Positions 1 to 10,847 of a stretch of 64,000 nucleotides of DNA are shown piece after piece. The stretch's first letter is position 1. Every line of letters starts with the position of its first letter. The notes beneath the pieces are model-generated. The model was given only the letters and a program-made list of their open reading frames with translations, did not search any database and was not told the DNA's origin. Source of the DNA: Vicinamibacterales bacterium (lineage in GTDB: Bacteria; Acidobacteriota; Vicinamibacteria; Vicinamibacterales; UBA8438); the NCBI GenBank assembly GCA_965207675.1, contig CBDBMY010000008.1, forward strand, positions 8,545 to 72,544, read 5' to 3'. The position numbers and the translations under genes were made by a program.

Positions 1-596
1 TTCCGATGGGCCAGTTCCGCAAGCTGTTCGGGGCGCGCCCGTCGCTCAGCCTGCGGGTCCGCTCCGACACCCCCGAGGAGTTCGACCGCGCCGTCGACGA
101 GGCGACGGTGGCCCTGCGCATCGAGCGGCAGCTGCGCGCCACCGAGGAGAACGACTTCGGGCTGTTCACGTCGGGGGCGGTGCTGGGGCTCTACCAGCAG
201 GCCACCACCGGCATCTTCGCGGTGCTGGTGGGCATCGTCAGCCTGTCGCTGGTGGTGGGGGGCATCGTCATCATGAACATCATGCTGATGGTGGTCTCCG
301 AGCGCACGCGGGAGATCGGGCTGCGCAAGGCGCTGGGGGCCCGCCGCCGCGACCTCCTCTGGCAGATCCTCGCCGAGTCGGTGATCCTGTCCGTCGCCGG
401 CGGCCTGATCGGGACCGCGCTGGGGTTCGGGGTAGCCATCGGGCTGAGCTCGATGACGCCGATCACCGCCGCCGTGCACCCGTGGTCGGTGGTGCTGGGC
501 ATCACGATGACGGCGGCGGTGGGGCTGTTCTTCGGGCTGTATCCCGCCTCGAGGGCGGCGTCGCTCGACCCCATCACGGCGCTGGGCCGCGCGTGA
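1..596 (+). CDS. ABC transporter permease, MacB/FtsX family, C-terminal part (5' end outside window)
   Basis: ORF 6..596 is open to the window edge. FtsX-type C-terminal TM bundle with SERTREIGLRKALGARRRDL motif, paralogous to the next gene. Stop TGA 594-596. Confidence 0.8.
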   Translation, partial: PMGQFRKLFGARPSLSLRVRSDTPEEFDRAVDEATVALRIERQLRATEENDFGLFTSGAVLGLYQQATTGIFAVLVGIVSLSLVVGGIVIMNIMLMVVSERTREIGLRKALGARRRDLLWQILAESVILSVAGGLIGTALGFGVAIGLSSMTPITAAVHPWSVVLGITMTAAVGLFFGLYPASRAASLDPITALGRA

Positions 597-612
597 TCGG
601 CCGGAAGCCCAA

Positions 613-715
613 GGTGAAGGCCCTGCGCCGCACCGAGACCCGAGAGGTGAGCTTCTTGCAAGTCTCGTCCTTGATGGCGCCATGGTGAAGACTCTGCGCC
701 GCACCGAGACCCGAG
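613..715. repeat. Tandem direct repeat (32 nt x2, period 71) just downstream of the permease stop
   Basis: 613-644 ggtgaaggccctgcgccgcaccgagacccgag vs 684-715 ggtgaagactctgcgccgcaccgagacccgag; 2 mismatches. Confidence 0.85.
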
Positions 716-798
716 GGGGAGGCCGCGAGCTGCCGGACCGCCCTCGGGCGAAGGGCGCCCGGGCCTGACGGAGCGACACGAGGGGGACCGACGAATCG

Positions 799-2091
799 AT
801 GGCCAGGCACTCCTACGGCGGCCTGTTCGGCGAGATCGTGACGATGGCGGTGGCCACGCTGCGGGATCAGAAGGCGCGGTCGGGGCTGACGATCCTCGGC
901 GTCGTCATCGGCATCATGTCCATCGTCGGCAGCACGTCGCTGATCCGGGGGCTCGACCAGTCGCTGCGCGACACCATCGAGACGATGGGGCCGGACGTCA
1001 TCATGCTGACGAAGTTCTCGGCCATCAGCATGGGCTCGGGCGAGGACTTCATGGAGTTGATCCGCCGCCCGAACCTCACCACCGCGGACGCGGAGGCCAT
1101 CGCGCGCCAGGCCGACTCGCTCGCCAACGTGGCCATCGTGCTCGGACAGGGCGGCCCCCCCACCCAGGAGCGGGTCTACCACCGGTCGGATCAGACGAAG
1201 CCGATCATGATCCTCGGCACCACCGCCGAGTATCCGGACGTGCAACCCGTGGACCTGGTGGAGGGCCGCTTCTTCACACCGGGCGAGACCCGCCGGCGGA
1301 CGCGAGTGGCGGTGCTGGGCCATACGCCGGCCCAGGCCCTGTTCGCGAACACCGATCCCATCGGGAAGCGCGTCCGCATCGGGACCGGCCGCTACATGGT
1401 GATCGGGGTGATCGGGGAGACGCCGAGTCCGGGCGGCTTCAACATGGGGCAGGACGACTTCGTCCTCATTCCCCACACCACGTATCAGAAGCAGTTCGGG
1501 ATCAGGGCGCAACGGGCCTTCGGCGGCGTGATGCGCGCGGTGGTGATTGCGGCGGCCCCCCGCGAGGGCGTCGATCCCGAGGTCGCCGTCCGGGACATCG
1601 AGCGCGTCATGCGCATCCGGCACGGGCTGCGGCTCGACGAGCCGAACGACTTCGAGTTCATCACCCAGGACGCGATGCTCGCGCTGTGGGACCAGATCAG
1701 CAGCGCCACGTTCCTGTCGCTGATCGTCATCTCCTCGATCGCGCTGATGGTCGGGGGCATCGGGGTGATGGCTATCATGACGATCTCCGTCACCGACCGC
1801 ACCCGCGAGATCGGCACCCGCCGCGCCATCGGGGCGAAGCGCAAGGAGATTCTCTGGCAGTTCCTGCTCGAGGCCGCCTGCCTGACCGGCATCGGCGGCC
1901 TGATCGGCATCCTCCTCGGCAGCGGCATCGGCCTCGGCATTCACTGGGCGACGGGGTTCCCGGTCTCGCTGCCCTGGTGGTCGTTCGCCCTCGGCCTGGG
2001 CTTCTCCTGCGGCGTCGGCGTCGTGTTCGGCATGTATCCGGCCATCAAGGCCTCCAGCCTCGACCCCATCGAAGCCCTGCGCTACGAATAG
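799..2091 (+). CDS. ABC transporter permease, MacB/FtsX family
   Basis: 430-aa ORF. N-terminal TM (LTILGVVIGIMSIVG), large extracytoplasmic domain, C-terminal FtsX domain (DRTREIGTRRAIGAKRKEI). GAGGGGGA about 13 nt upstream of ATG 799. Confidence 0.85.
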   Translation: MARHSYGGLFGEIVTMAVATLRDQKARSGLTILGVVIGIMSIVGSTSLIRGLDQSLRDTIETMGPDVIMLTKFSAISMGSGEDFMELIRRPNLTTADAEAIARQADSLANVAIVLGQGGPPTQERVYHRSDQTKPIMILGTTAEYPDVQPVDLVEGRFFTPGETRRRTRVAVLGHTPAQALFANTDPIGKRVRIGTGRYMVIGVIGETPSPGGFNMGQDDFVLIPHTTYQKQFGIRAQRAFGGVMRAVVIAAAPREGVDPEVAVRDIERVMRIRHGLRLDEPNDFEFITQDAMLALWDQISSATFLSLIVISSIALMVGGIGVMAIMTISVTDRTREIGTRRAIGAKRKEILWQFLLEAACLTGIGGLIGILLGSGIGLGIHWATGFPVSLPWWSFALGLGFSCGVGVVFGMYPAIKASSLDPIEALRYE

Positions 2092-2168
2092 ACGGCGGTC
2101 CACTCGACTACGCGGGCGCGGCGAACACGGCGGCCGGGGCCATGCGCTACGAATAGACGGCGGTCCAC
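2078..2168. repeat. Tandem duplication of the permease 3' terminus (26 nt exact x2, period 65)
   Basis: tgcgctacgaatagacggcggtccac at 2078-2103 (last 4 codons LRYE, stop, 12 nt) and again at 2143-2168. Confidence 0.9.
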
Positions 2169-2181
2169 GGGCTTCCGTCGC

Positions 2182-2210
2182 TTGAGCGGGCGCCCCGACT
2201 GGCGTAGGAT
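2182..2210 (+). promoter_or_regulatory. Candidate sigma70-type promoter for the EF-G paralog
   Basis: TTGAGC (2182-2187), 17-nt spacer, TAGGAT (2205-2210). Hand-found, no experimental support. Confidence 0.35.
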
Positions 2211-2383
2211 GTAGGTTTGCGCCGGTAGCCGACGAGATCGATGGCCTCCTCCGCACCTACGGGTGGAGCCGGAAGGAGATCGCGGCCGAGGGGAACACGG
2301 TGGCCCGGGCTGCCGATGCCGCGGCCTCGCCGAGTGCGTTTGCGGACGGCCAGGAGTCGTCGGCGCAGGAGGATACCCGAGCC

Positions 2384-4468
2384 ATGAGAGTGTACGACGC
2401 GGACCAGATCCGTAATGTCGCGTTGGTGGGACACAGCGGCGCCGGCAAGACGCAGCTCGCCTCGGCCCTCCTGTTCGACGCCCAAGCCGTCAACCGCCTC
2501 GGCGCCGTCGACGACGGCACCACCGTCACCGACTACGACGAAGAGGAAATTGCGCGCAAGCACACGCTGTCGTCGAGCACCGCGTTCGCGGAATGGAACA
2601 AGCGGAAGATCAACCTCATCGACACGCCGGGCATGGCGAACTTCTTCAGCGACGCCTGCTGCGCCCTGCGGGTCGCCGACGCCGCCCTGGTCGTCGTCGA
2701 CGCGGTGGCCGGCTGCGAGGTGCTGACGGAGAAGGTGTGGGCGGTCGCCGACGAGTTGAACCTGCCTTGCATGGTGGTGCTCAACCGCCTCGACCGGGAA
2801 CGGGCGAGCCTGTCCCGCTCGCTCGACTCGCTGCAGGAGGCCCTCGGCCGCACGGTGGTGCCGATACAGCTTCCGATCGGAGAGGAGAAGGGCTTCCGCG
2901 GCGTCGTCGACCTCGTCGCCATGAGGGCGCTGACGTTCGATTTGGACGGCAAGACGGTATCCGTACGCGACGTGCCGGCCGAGCTGGCAGATGAAGCCGG
3001 CACCGCGCGGGAGGCCCTCATCGAGCTGGTCGCCGAGGCGGACGACGAGCTCATGGAGCAGTTCTTCGAGGCAGGCACCCTGACCCAGGAGCAGTTGGAG
3101 GCGGGGCTCAAGACGGCCACCGCGGGGCGGCACGTGTTCCCCCTGGTGTGCACGTCGGCCACCGCCAACCTGGGCATTCAGCCGTTGCTCGACGCCGTCG
3201 TCTCGTATCTGCCGTCCCCGATGCAACGGCCCCTGCCCGTTGTCGACGCGGAAGGCAACAGGGCGACGCCCGACTCGTTCGACGACCCCGCCGCCCTGGT
3301 GTGGAAGACGGTGGCCGACCCGTTCGCGGGGCGGATCACCATGTTCCGGGTGGCGAGCGGCTCGATCGCGGCGGATTCGACGATTCAGAACGTCAGTCGG
3401 GAGGTCGGCGAGCGGATCGGCGCGATCACCCTCATGCAGGGCAAGACCCAGGCCGGCGTGCCCGAGATCAGGGCGGGGGATCTCGGCGCCGTGGCGAAGC
3501 TGAAGGAAACGCGGACCGGCGACACGCTGGCGCCCAAGGAGACGGCGTGGCGGTTCCCGCCGTTCCAGTTCACCGAGCCGGTGCTGTCCTACGCCATCGA
3601 GCCGAAGAGCCGCGGGGACGAGGAAAAGATCAGCACCGCCCTGCAGCGGCTGCAAGAGGAGGACCCCACCATCCGCTACGCCCGCGACGCCCAGACCTCG
3701 CAGCTTCTGCTCTCGGGGCAGGGACAGCTGCACATCGAGGTGACCGTCGCCAAGCTCAAGCGCCGCTTCGGGGTCGAGGTGAACCTGAAGCTGCCGCGGA
3801 TCCCCTATCGCGAGACCATCAAGGCGTCGACCGAGGCGCACGGACGCCACAAGAAGCAGACGGGCGGGCACGGACAGTTCGGGGACTGCAAGATCAAGGT
3901 CGCGCCGCTGCCGCGGGGCGAGGACTTCCAGTTCGTCGACGAGATCTTCGGGGGCGCCATCCCGCGCGGCTTCATCCCCGCCGTCGAGAAGGGCATCCAG
4001 GAGGCGCGAACGCGGGGCTATCTCGCGGGCTATCCGATGGTGGACTTCCAGGTGACCCTGTACGACGGGTCGTTCCACCCCGTCGACTCGAACGAGATGT
4101 CGTTCAAGATGGCGGGGCGCCTCGCGTTCCGCGACGCCATGTCGCGGGCGAAGCCCACGCTGCTCGAGCCGGTCATGAACGTCGAGGTCTACGCGCCGAG
4201 CGACTACGCCGGCGACCTGATGGGAGACCTGAACGGCCGCCGCGGGAAGATCGGCGGCATGGAGACGCGCGGGTCCTCGACCTCGATCAAGGCCGAGGTC
4301 CCGATGGCGGAGATGCTGACCTACGAGCAGCAGCTGACCTCGGCCACCGGCGGCCGCGGGTCATACCACATGGAGTTCTCGCACTACGAAGAGGTGCCGG
4401 CGCACATCCTGCAGAAGGTCATCGCGGAAGCCAAGGCCGAGAAGGGCGAGGACGAGCAGGAAGGCTGA
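2384..4468 (+). CDS. Elongation factor G paralog (EF-G2-like translational GTPase)
   Basis: ORF 2300..4468; ATG 2384 preceded by AGGAGG (2366-2371). G1 GHSGAGKT, DTPG, NRLD, then EF-G domains II-V. Distinct from the canonical fusA at 22817..24916. Confidence 0.85.
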   Translation: MRVYDADQIRNVALVGHSGAGKTQLASALLFDAQAVNRLGAVDDGTTVTDYDEEEIARKHTLSSSTAFAEWNKRKINLIDTPGMANFFSDACCALRVADAALVVVDAVAGCEVLTEKVWAVADELNLPCMVVLNRLDRERASLSRSLDSLQEALGRTVVPIQLPIGEEKGFRGVVDLVAMRALTFDLDGKTVSVRDVPAELADEAGTAREALIELVAEADDELMEQFFEAGTLTQEQLEAGLKTATAGRHVFPLVCTSATANLGIQPLLDAVVSYLPSPMQRPLPVVDAEGNRATPDSFDDPAALVWKTVADPFAGRITMFRVASGSIAADSTIQNVSREVGERIGAITLMQGKTQAGVPEIRAGDLGAVAKLKETRTGDTLAPKETAWRFPPFQFTEPVLSYAIEPKSRGDEEKISTALQRLQEEDPTIRYARDAQTSQLLLSGQGQLHIEVTVAKLKRRFGVEVNLKLPRIPYRETIKASTEAHGRHKKQTGGHGQFGDCKIKVAPLPRGEDFQFVDEIFGGAIPRGFIPAVEKGIQEARTRGYLAGYPMVDFQVTLYDGSFHPVDSNEMSFKMAGRLAFRDAMSRAKPTLLEPVMNVEVYAPSDYAGDLMGDLNGRRGKIGGMETRGSSTSIKAEVPMAEMLTYEQQLTSATGGRGSYHMEFSHYEEVPAHILQKVIAEAKAEKGEDEQEG

Positions 4469-4553
4469 TACCCGCCCCGCCTGCGCAGAGGTGAACGGTC
4501 ATCGCGGAGACCAAGGCCGACAAGGGCGAGGACGAGCAGGAAGGCTGATACCC
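4417..4553. repeat. Tandem duplication of the EF-G-paralog 3' terminus (57 nt x2, period 80)
   Basis: 4417-4473 (last 16 codons, TGA, 5 nt) repeated at 4497-4553 with 3 mismatches. The second copy lies in the gap before the convergent rplQ stop. Confidence 0.9.
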
Positions 4554-4556
4554 GGT

Positions 4557-5087
4557 TCAGGCGGTCTCCTCGGACTTCTCGGCGTCCTGCCCTCGCCGCA
4601 GGCGCTTCGCGGCGGCGCGCAGGCGGCCGCCCACCCCTCGCTTCTTCGAGGCGTCCGCCGTCGGCGCCGCGTCATCGGCATCCCGATCCTGGCTCGGATC
4701 GTACTCGCTGCCGACGAGCTCTATCTGGGCGATCTCGGCCGAGTCTCCCTTGCGGCGGCCGAGATGCAGCACCCGCGTATACCCGCCCGGCCGTTCCGCG
4801 AAACGGGGCGCGATGGTGCCGAAGAGCTTGCCGGCGATCTGCTTGTCGGCGATGTCCCGCGCCACGAGCCGGCGCGCGTGCAGGGCGCGAGTGGTCTCCG
4901 CACCGTCCTCGATGCCGCGCTTGGCCAGCGTGATCAGGCGCTCGACGAACGGACGCAGCTCCTTCGCCTTGGCGAGGGTCGTGTCGATCCGCTCGTGGCG
5001 CAACAGCATCGTGGCCTGGTTGCGCAGCGTGGCGACTCGATGCTCGGTCACTCGACCGAGCTTCCTGTGCGCTACTCGATGACGCAT
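4557..5087 (-). CDS. rplQ: 50S ribosomal protein L17
   Basis: Inner part of ORF 4557..5501, from ATG 5087 (GAGGAAA upstream): MRHRVAHRKLGRVTEHR... L17 signature. Has a long charged C-terminal tail. Confidence 0.93.
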   Translation of the reverse strand: MRHRVAHRKLGRVTEHRVATLRNQATMLLRHERIDTTLAKAKELRPFVERLITLAKRGIEDGAETTRALHARRLVARDIADKQIAGKLFGTIAPRFAERPGGYTRVLHLGRRKGDSAEIAQIELVGSEYDPSQDRDADDAAPTADASKKRGVGGRLRAAAKRLRRGQDAEKSEETA

Positions 5088-5113
5088 GCTCTCGTTTCCT
5101 CTCGTCCGGACTC

Positions 5114-6106
5114 TTACTGGCCTTCCGCCTCGGCGTCGGGCGCCGGCTGATCGAATCGCATGCCGAGGCCGAGCCCCATCTGCTGGAGTATCTCCTTGAT
5201 CTCGTTGAGCGACTTGCGGCCGAAGTTCTTCGTGCGAAGCATCTCCGCCTCGCTCTTCTGCACGAGCTCGCGGATCGTCCGGATGTTGGCGTTCTTCAGG
5301 CAGTTGTAGGAGCGGACCGAGAGCTCGAGCTCCTCGACGCTCTTGTCGAGGTGCTCGTTGGTTGCCGTCACCCCCTCGGTGTCCGGCTCGGCCGGGGCGT
5401 CGCCCGACTCTTCGAGATCGATGAAGATGCTCAGGTGGTCGCGCACCAGCCTGGCCCCCAGCGAGATCGCCTCCCGGGCGGTGACCGAGCCGTCGGTCCA
5501 CACGTCCACGGTGAGCTTGTCATAGTCGGTCGTCTGGCCGAGACGCGCCGCTTCGACGAGGTAGTTGACCTTGCGCACCGGGGAGTGGACCGAGTCGATG
5601 GGAATCCAGCCGATGCCGAGGTCCTCGTCGAAGTTCTTCTCCGCCGAGACGTACCCTCGCCCCTGCTTGACCCGCAGCTCCATGTGCAGGGAGCCGCCGT
5701 CGGCCACCGTCGCGACGTGCAGATCGGGGTCGAGAATCTCCACCGCGGCGTCGACCTCGAGATCCGCCGCCTTGACCGCGCCCGGCTTGTCGGCCCGCAG
5801 ATACAACGTCTTCGTCTCGTCGCCGTGCAGCTTGATGGGGATCTGCTTCAGGTTCAGGATGATGTCGGTCGCATCCTCCACGACCCCCGGAATCGGAGAG
5901 AACTCGTGGAGCACATTGTCGATCTTGACGCTCGTGACCGCGGCGCCCTCGATCGCGGACAAGAGCACGCGACGCAACGCGTTGCCGATCGTGGTCCCGA
6001 AACCGCGCTCGAACGGCTGGGCGGAGAACCTCCCGAATCGCGCGGTCAGGGTCTCCGCATCGAACTCCAGCCGTTTCGGTCGCTGGAAGCCTTTCCACAA
6101 CATCAA
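5114..6106 (-). CDS. rpoA: DNA-directed RNA polymerase subunit alpha
   Basis: 330-aa ORF with ...[19 protein letters not shown]... N-terminal domain and C-terminal helix-hairpin-helix domain ([14 protein letters not shown]). Confidence 0.97.
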   Translation of the reverse strand: MMLWKGFQRPKRLEFDAETLTARFGRFSAQPFERGFGTTIGNALRRVLLSAIEGAAVTSVKIDNVLHEFSPIPGVVEDATDIILNLKQIPIKLHGDETKTLYLRADKPGAVKAADLEVDAAVEILDPDLHVATVADGGSLHMELRVKQGRGYVSAEKNFDEDLGIGWIPIDSVHSPVRKVNYLVEAARLGQTTDYDKLTVDVWTDGSVTAREAISLGARLVRDHLSIFIDLEESGDAPAEPDTEGVTATNEHLDKSVEELELSVRSYNCLKNANIRTIRELVQKSEAEMLRTKNFGRKSLNEIKEILQQMGLGLGMRFDQPAPDAEAEGQ

Positions 6107-6138
6107 GTCAGTCCTTTCCGTGGCCGGGCCTGCTTCCC

Positions 6139-6771
6139 TTACTTCGAGTACAGCTCGACGATCAGCTGCTCCTGCACCGGCAGGTTGATCTGCTCGCGCG
6201 TCGGGAGCGCGGCGACGCGCCCCGTCATGGTGGACGCGTCGAACTCCAGCCAGTCGGGGATCCCCCGTCCCTTGACCTCCTCCATGGCGTAGAGAATCGC
6301 GGGCTTCTTCGCGCTACGCTGCCTGACGCTGACGGCGTCGCCGGCCTTCAGCGAGAAGGACGGGATGTCGGCCCGCCTGCCGTTCACCTGCACGTGGCCG
6401 TGCCGGACGAGCTGCCGGGCCTGGGGGCGCGACGTCGCGAGCCCGAGCCGGTAGACGACGTTGTCGAGCCGGCGCTCGAGCAGCTGCAGCAGCGTCTCGC
6501 CGGTGATGCCCCGCTGCCGTTCGGCCGCCGCGAAGTAGCGGCGGAACTGGTTCTCGAGCACGCCGTAGGTGCGCTTGACCTTCTGCTTCTCGCGAAGCTG
6601 CGACCCGTAGCCCATGACCTTGCTGGGGCGGCGGCGCCGCCCCTGCTGGCCGGGGGGAACGTTGCGCTTCTCGATGGCGCACTTCTCCGCGTAGCACCGC
6701 TCGCCCTTCAGGAAGAGCTTCATGCCCTCGCGGCGGCAGAGCCGGCAAACGGGTCCTGCGTATCGTGCCAT
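6139..6771 (-). CDS. rpsD: 30S ribosomal protein S4
   Basis: [26 protein letters not shown]...; full-length S4. Confidence 0.97.
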   Translation of the reverse strand: MARYAGPVCRLCRREGMKLFLKGERCYAEKCAIEKRNVPPGQQGRRRRPSKVMGYGSQLREKQKVKRTYGVLENQFRRYFAAAERQRGITGETLLQLLERRLDNVVYRLGLATSRPQARQLVRHGHVQVNGRRADIPSFSLKAGDAVSVRQRSAKKPAILYAMEEVKGRGIPDWLEFDASTMTGRVAALPTREQINLPVQEQLIVELYSK

Positions 6772-6792
6772 GCTGATTCTGCTCCTCCGTAC

Positions 6793-7239
6793 CTACACGC
6801 GCCGCCGCTTGGGCGGCCGGCACCCGTTGTGAGGAATGGGGGTCACGTCGCGTATCGACTTCACGCTGAGCCCGGCCGAGGCCTGCAGCGCGCGAATGGC
6901 CGACTCGCGCCCCCCGCCCGGCCCCTTGACCCGCACGTCCACGGTGCGCATGCCGACCGCCTTGGCCCCGTGCCCGGCCCGTATCGCGGCCTGGGTGGCC
7001 GCGAACGGCGTGCCCTTCCGCGAGCCGCGGAAGCCGATGCCGCCCGCGCTCGACCACGCCACGACGTTCCCCTCGGTATCGGCGATCGTGATGATGGTGT
7101 TGTTGAACGACGCCTGGATGTGCACGATGCCATGGTGCACGACCCGCTTGTCGCGCTTCTTCTTGAAGGTCTTCTTGCGCTTGGCCGGCCGCTTGCTCGG
7201 CGTCGGAACCGAGGCGTCGACCGTCTCCAGCTTAGCCAT
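6793..7239 (-). CDS. rpsK: 30S ribosomal protein S11
   Basis: ...[22 protein letters not shown]...[13 protein letters not shown]; S11 with a basic N-terminal extension. Confidence 0.96.
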   Translation of the reverse strand: MAKLETVDASVPTPSKRPAKRKKTFKKKRDKRVVHHGIVHIQASFNNTIITIADTEGNVVAWSSAGGIGFRGSRKGTPFAATQAAIRAGHGAKAVGMRTVDVRVKGPGGGRESAIRALQASAGLSVKSIRDVTPIPHNGCRPPKRRRV

Positions 7240-7311
7240 TCGCGAACAGTCCTTTCCTCACGATCGAAAGCCGCCTGCACAAGCCCCATTTCCCCGGGGC
7301 TGGCAACTCCT

Positions 7312-7378
7312 GGAGTTTCGCGCCAGCGAAACTCCCAAGGCGGCCGAAGGTCGCCCAGTTTCGCGCCAGCGAAACTCC
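7312..7378. repeat. Twin perfect hairpins in the rpsM/rpsK spacer
   Basis: GGAGTTTCGC-gcca-GCGAAACTCC at 7312-7335. The 22-nt core agtttcgcgccagcgaaactcc repeats exactly at 7314-7335 and 7357-7378. Confidence 0.9.
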
Positions 7379-7398
7379 AGACGGGACCGGAGGTCCCG

Positions 7399-7773
7399 CT
7401 AACTCGTCCGCTTCTTCGCCACCGCGCCCCGGCGCGGCCCCTTCCGCGTTCGGGCGTTCGTCTGCGTCCGCTGACCGCGAACGGGGAGGTTGCGGCGATG
7501 GCGCATCCCGCGAAAGGACCCCACCTCCATCAACCGTTTGATGTTCATGGTGACCTCCTTGCGCAGATCACCCTCCACCCGTCCCTGCTCCTCGATGACC
7601 CGGCTGATCTTGCGGACGTCGTCCTCGGAGAGGTCCTTGATCCGGATGTCGGGAGCGACTCCGGCCTCCTTCAGGATTACCCCGGACCGGTGATCGCCTA
7701 TCCCGAAGATGTACGTCAGCCCAGTCTCGATACGCTTGCTTCTCGGAAGATCGACACCCGCGATTCGAGCCAT
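7399..7773 (-). CDS. rpsM: 30S ribosomal protein S13
   Basis: Inner part of ORF 7399..7869, from ATG 7773: [26 protein letters not shown]... Confidence 0.95.
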   Translation of the reverse strand: MARIAGVDLPRSKRIETGLTYIFGIGDHRSGVILKEAGVAPDIRIKDLSEDDVRKISRVIEEQGRVEGDLRKEVTMNIKRLMEVGSFRGMRHRRNLPVRGQRTQTNARTRKGPRRGAVAKKRTS

Positions 7774-7784
7774 GATCCAGCCTC

Positions 7785-7898
7785 TCACCCCTGTCGCTGC
7801 TTGTGCTTCGGATTCGAGCAGATCACGCGCACGACGCCCGAGCGGCGCACGATCTTGCACTTGTCGCAAATGCGTTTCACCGATGCTCGTACCTTCAT
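7785..7898 (-). CDS. rpmJ: 50S ribosomal protein L36 (zinc-ribbon type)
   Basis: Not in the ORF track (37 aa). Hand translation: [42 protein letters not shown] 7 nt upstream. Confidence 0.93.
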   Translation of the reverse strand: MKVRASVKRICDKCKIVRRSGVVRVICSNPKHKQRQG

Positions 7899-7919
7899 TC
7901 CACGTCCTCCGGCCCGCCG

Positions 7920-8705
7920 TCAGTGGACCGATGACGGCCCCGCCGCCACGCCGGCGGCGGCCGCGCGGGTCAGCACCTCGGGGCCGCCCTCGGTAATCGC
8001 CACCGTGTGCTCGAAGTGCGCCGCGAGGCTGCCGTCGCGGGTCACCGCCGTCCAGCCGTCACCGAGCACCTTGACCGCCGGCCGGCCCAGGGTGACCATG
8101 GGCTCGATGGCGAGGACCATGCCCGTATCCAGCCTCGGCCCCTGGCCCGGCTCGCCGTAGTTGGGAATCTGCGGCTCCTCGTGCAGCGCGACCCCGATGC
8201 CGTGGCCCACGAACTCCCGGACCACCGAGAACCCGTGCGCCTCCACGTGCCGCTGCACGTGGTGCCCGATGTCGGAGACGTGTCCGCCGACGCGGACCTG
8301 GGCGATGCCCCGCTCCAGCGCGTCCCGGGTGACCCGGAGGAGCTCCGAGACGCGCTCGGGAACCCCGCCGACGGGCACGGTGATTGCCGAATCACCATAG
8401 TAGCCGTCGAGCACGACGCCCATGTCGAGCGACACGATGTCGCCGTCGACGAGCGGCGACGGCGACGGAATGCCGTGCACGACGGCCTCGTTCACCGATG
8501 CGCACAACGTCGCCGGATAGCCCTGATACCCCTTGAACGCGGGCACCGCGCCGACCGCCCGAATCTGCCGTTCCGCCACCGCGTCGAGCTCCAGCGTCGA
8601 GACGCCGGGCGCCACCAGTCGGCGCAGCTCCGAGAGCACCTGCGCCACCAGCCCGTTGGCCGCGCGCATGCGCTCGATCTCGGCCGGCGACCTGCGGGCG
8701 ATCAT
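7920..8705 (-). CDS. map: Methionine aminopeptidase type I
   Basis: Inner part of ORF 7920..9413, from ATG 8705 (ATGA overlap with the adk stop): [17 protein letters not shown]...GHGIG...HFEHTV. Confidence 0.94.
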   Translation of the reverse strand: MIARRSPAEIERMRAANGLVAQVLSELRRLVAPGVSTLELDAVAERQIRAVGAVPAFKGYQGYPATLCASVNEAVVHGIPSPSPLVDGDIVSLDMGVVLDGYYGDSAITVPVGGVPERVSELLRVTRDALERGIAQVRVGGHVSDIGHHVQRHVEAHGFSVVREFVGHGIGVALHEEPQIPNYGEPGQGPRLDTGMVLAIEPMVTLGRPAVKVLGDGWTAVTRDGSLAAHFEHTVAITEGGPEVLTRAAAAGVAAGPSSVH

Positions 8706-9406
8706 GCGCCGGCCTCCCCCACCGGGACGCGCCCCGCCGCCCGTTCCGCGAGCACCGCGTCGACGGCGGCGGCGAGCGCCGACCCCACCTCGACCGGACT
8801 CCGGTCTCCGTCGACGGCGCGAAACGAGGGACGCTGCGAATAGTAGTCGACGAGAGGCCGGGTCGCTTCGGCGTAGACCCGCAACCGCTCTCGCACGACC
8901 GACTCGGAGTCGTCGCTCCGCAGCAGCAGCTCGCCGCCGCACCGGCCGCAACGCGAGCCCGGAGACAGGTCGACGCTGGTCGCCTGCCCGCAGCTCCCGC
9001 AGACCCGCCGCCGCGCGAGTCGGGCGACGAGCGCGTCGTCCGGCACCGCGATGTCGATGACGATCAGCGGCGAACGCCCGGTCATGACCTCGTCGAGAGC
9101 CACCGCCTGGGCCACCGTGCGCGGAAACCCGTCGAGCACGAAACCGTCCGCGACGTCCTCCCGGCCCAGGCGATCCCGAACGATGGCGATCATCAGCTCG
9201 TCGTCGACGAGGCCCCCGGCCTCCATCGTCGCCCTGGCCCGCCGGCCGAGCTCGGATCCGGATCTGACCGCGTCCCGCAGAATGTCTCCCGTCGAGATCT
9301 GCGGTATGCCGTGCCGGCGGGCGAACTCGACGCCCTGCGTTCCCTTGCCGGCGCCGGGAGGCCCCAGGACGACGAGGTTGATCGCGGACCCGCTGGAAAC
9401 GGCCAC
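8702..9406 (-). CDS. adk: Adenylate kinase (Zn-lid type)
   Basis: GTG start. P-loop GPPGAGKGTQ; lid with CGSCG...CGRCGG. Confidence 0.95.
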   Translation of the reverse strand: MAVSSGSAINLVVLGPPGAGKGTQGVEFARRHGIPQISTGDILRDAVRSGSELGRRARATMEAGGLVDDELMIAIVRDRLGREDVADGFVLDGFPRTVAQAVALDEVMTGRSPLIVIDIAVPDDALVARLARRRVCGSCGQATSVDLSPGSRCGRCGGELLLRSDDSESVVRERLRVYAEATRPLVDYYSQRPSFRAVDGDRSPVEVGSALAAAVDAVLAERAAGRVPVGEAGA

Positions 9407-9416
9407 CCTTCAACCC

Positions 9417-10805
<1,389 letters not shown>

Positions 10806-10847
10806 CGATGCGCCCCTTGCCGGTCAGGTTCCGGTCCGTTCCGACGC

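Noticed and set aside
7899-7919. Absence of infA between map and rpmJ, and of ssb/priB between rpsF and rpsR (48378-48515).
   Set aside because: These genes are located elsewhere in many bacterial lineages. The gaps (21 nt and 138 nt) contain no hidden ORF. I do not consider this anomalous.
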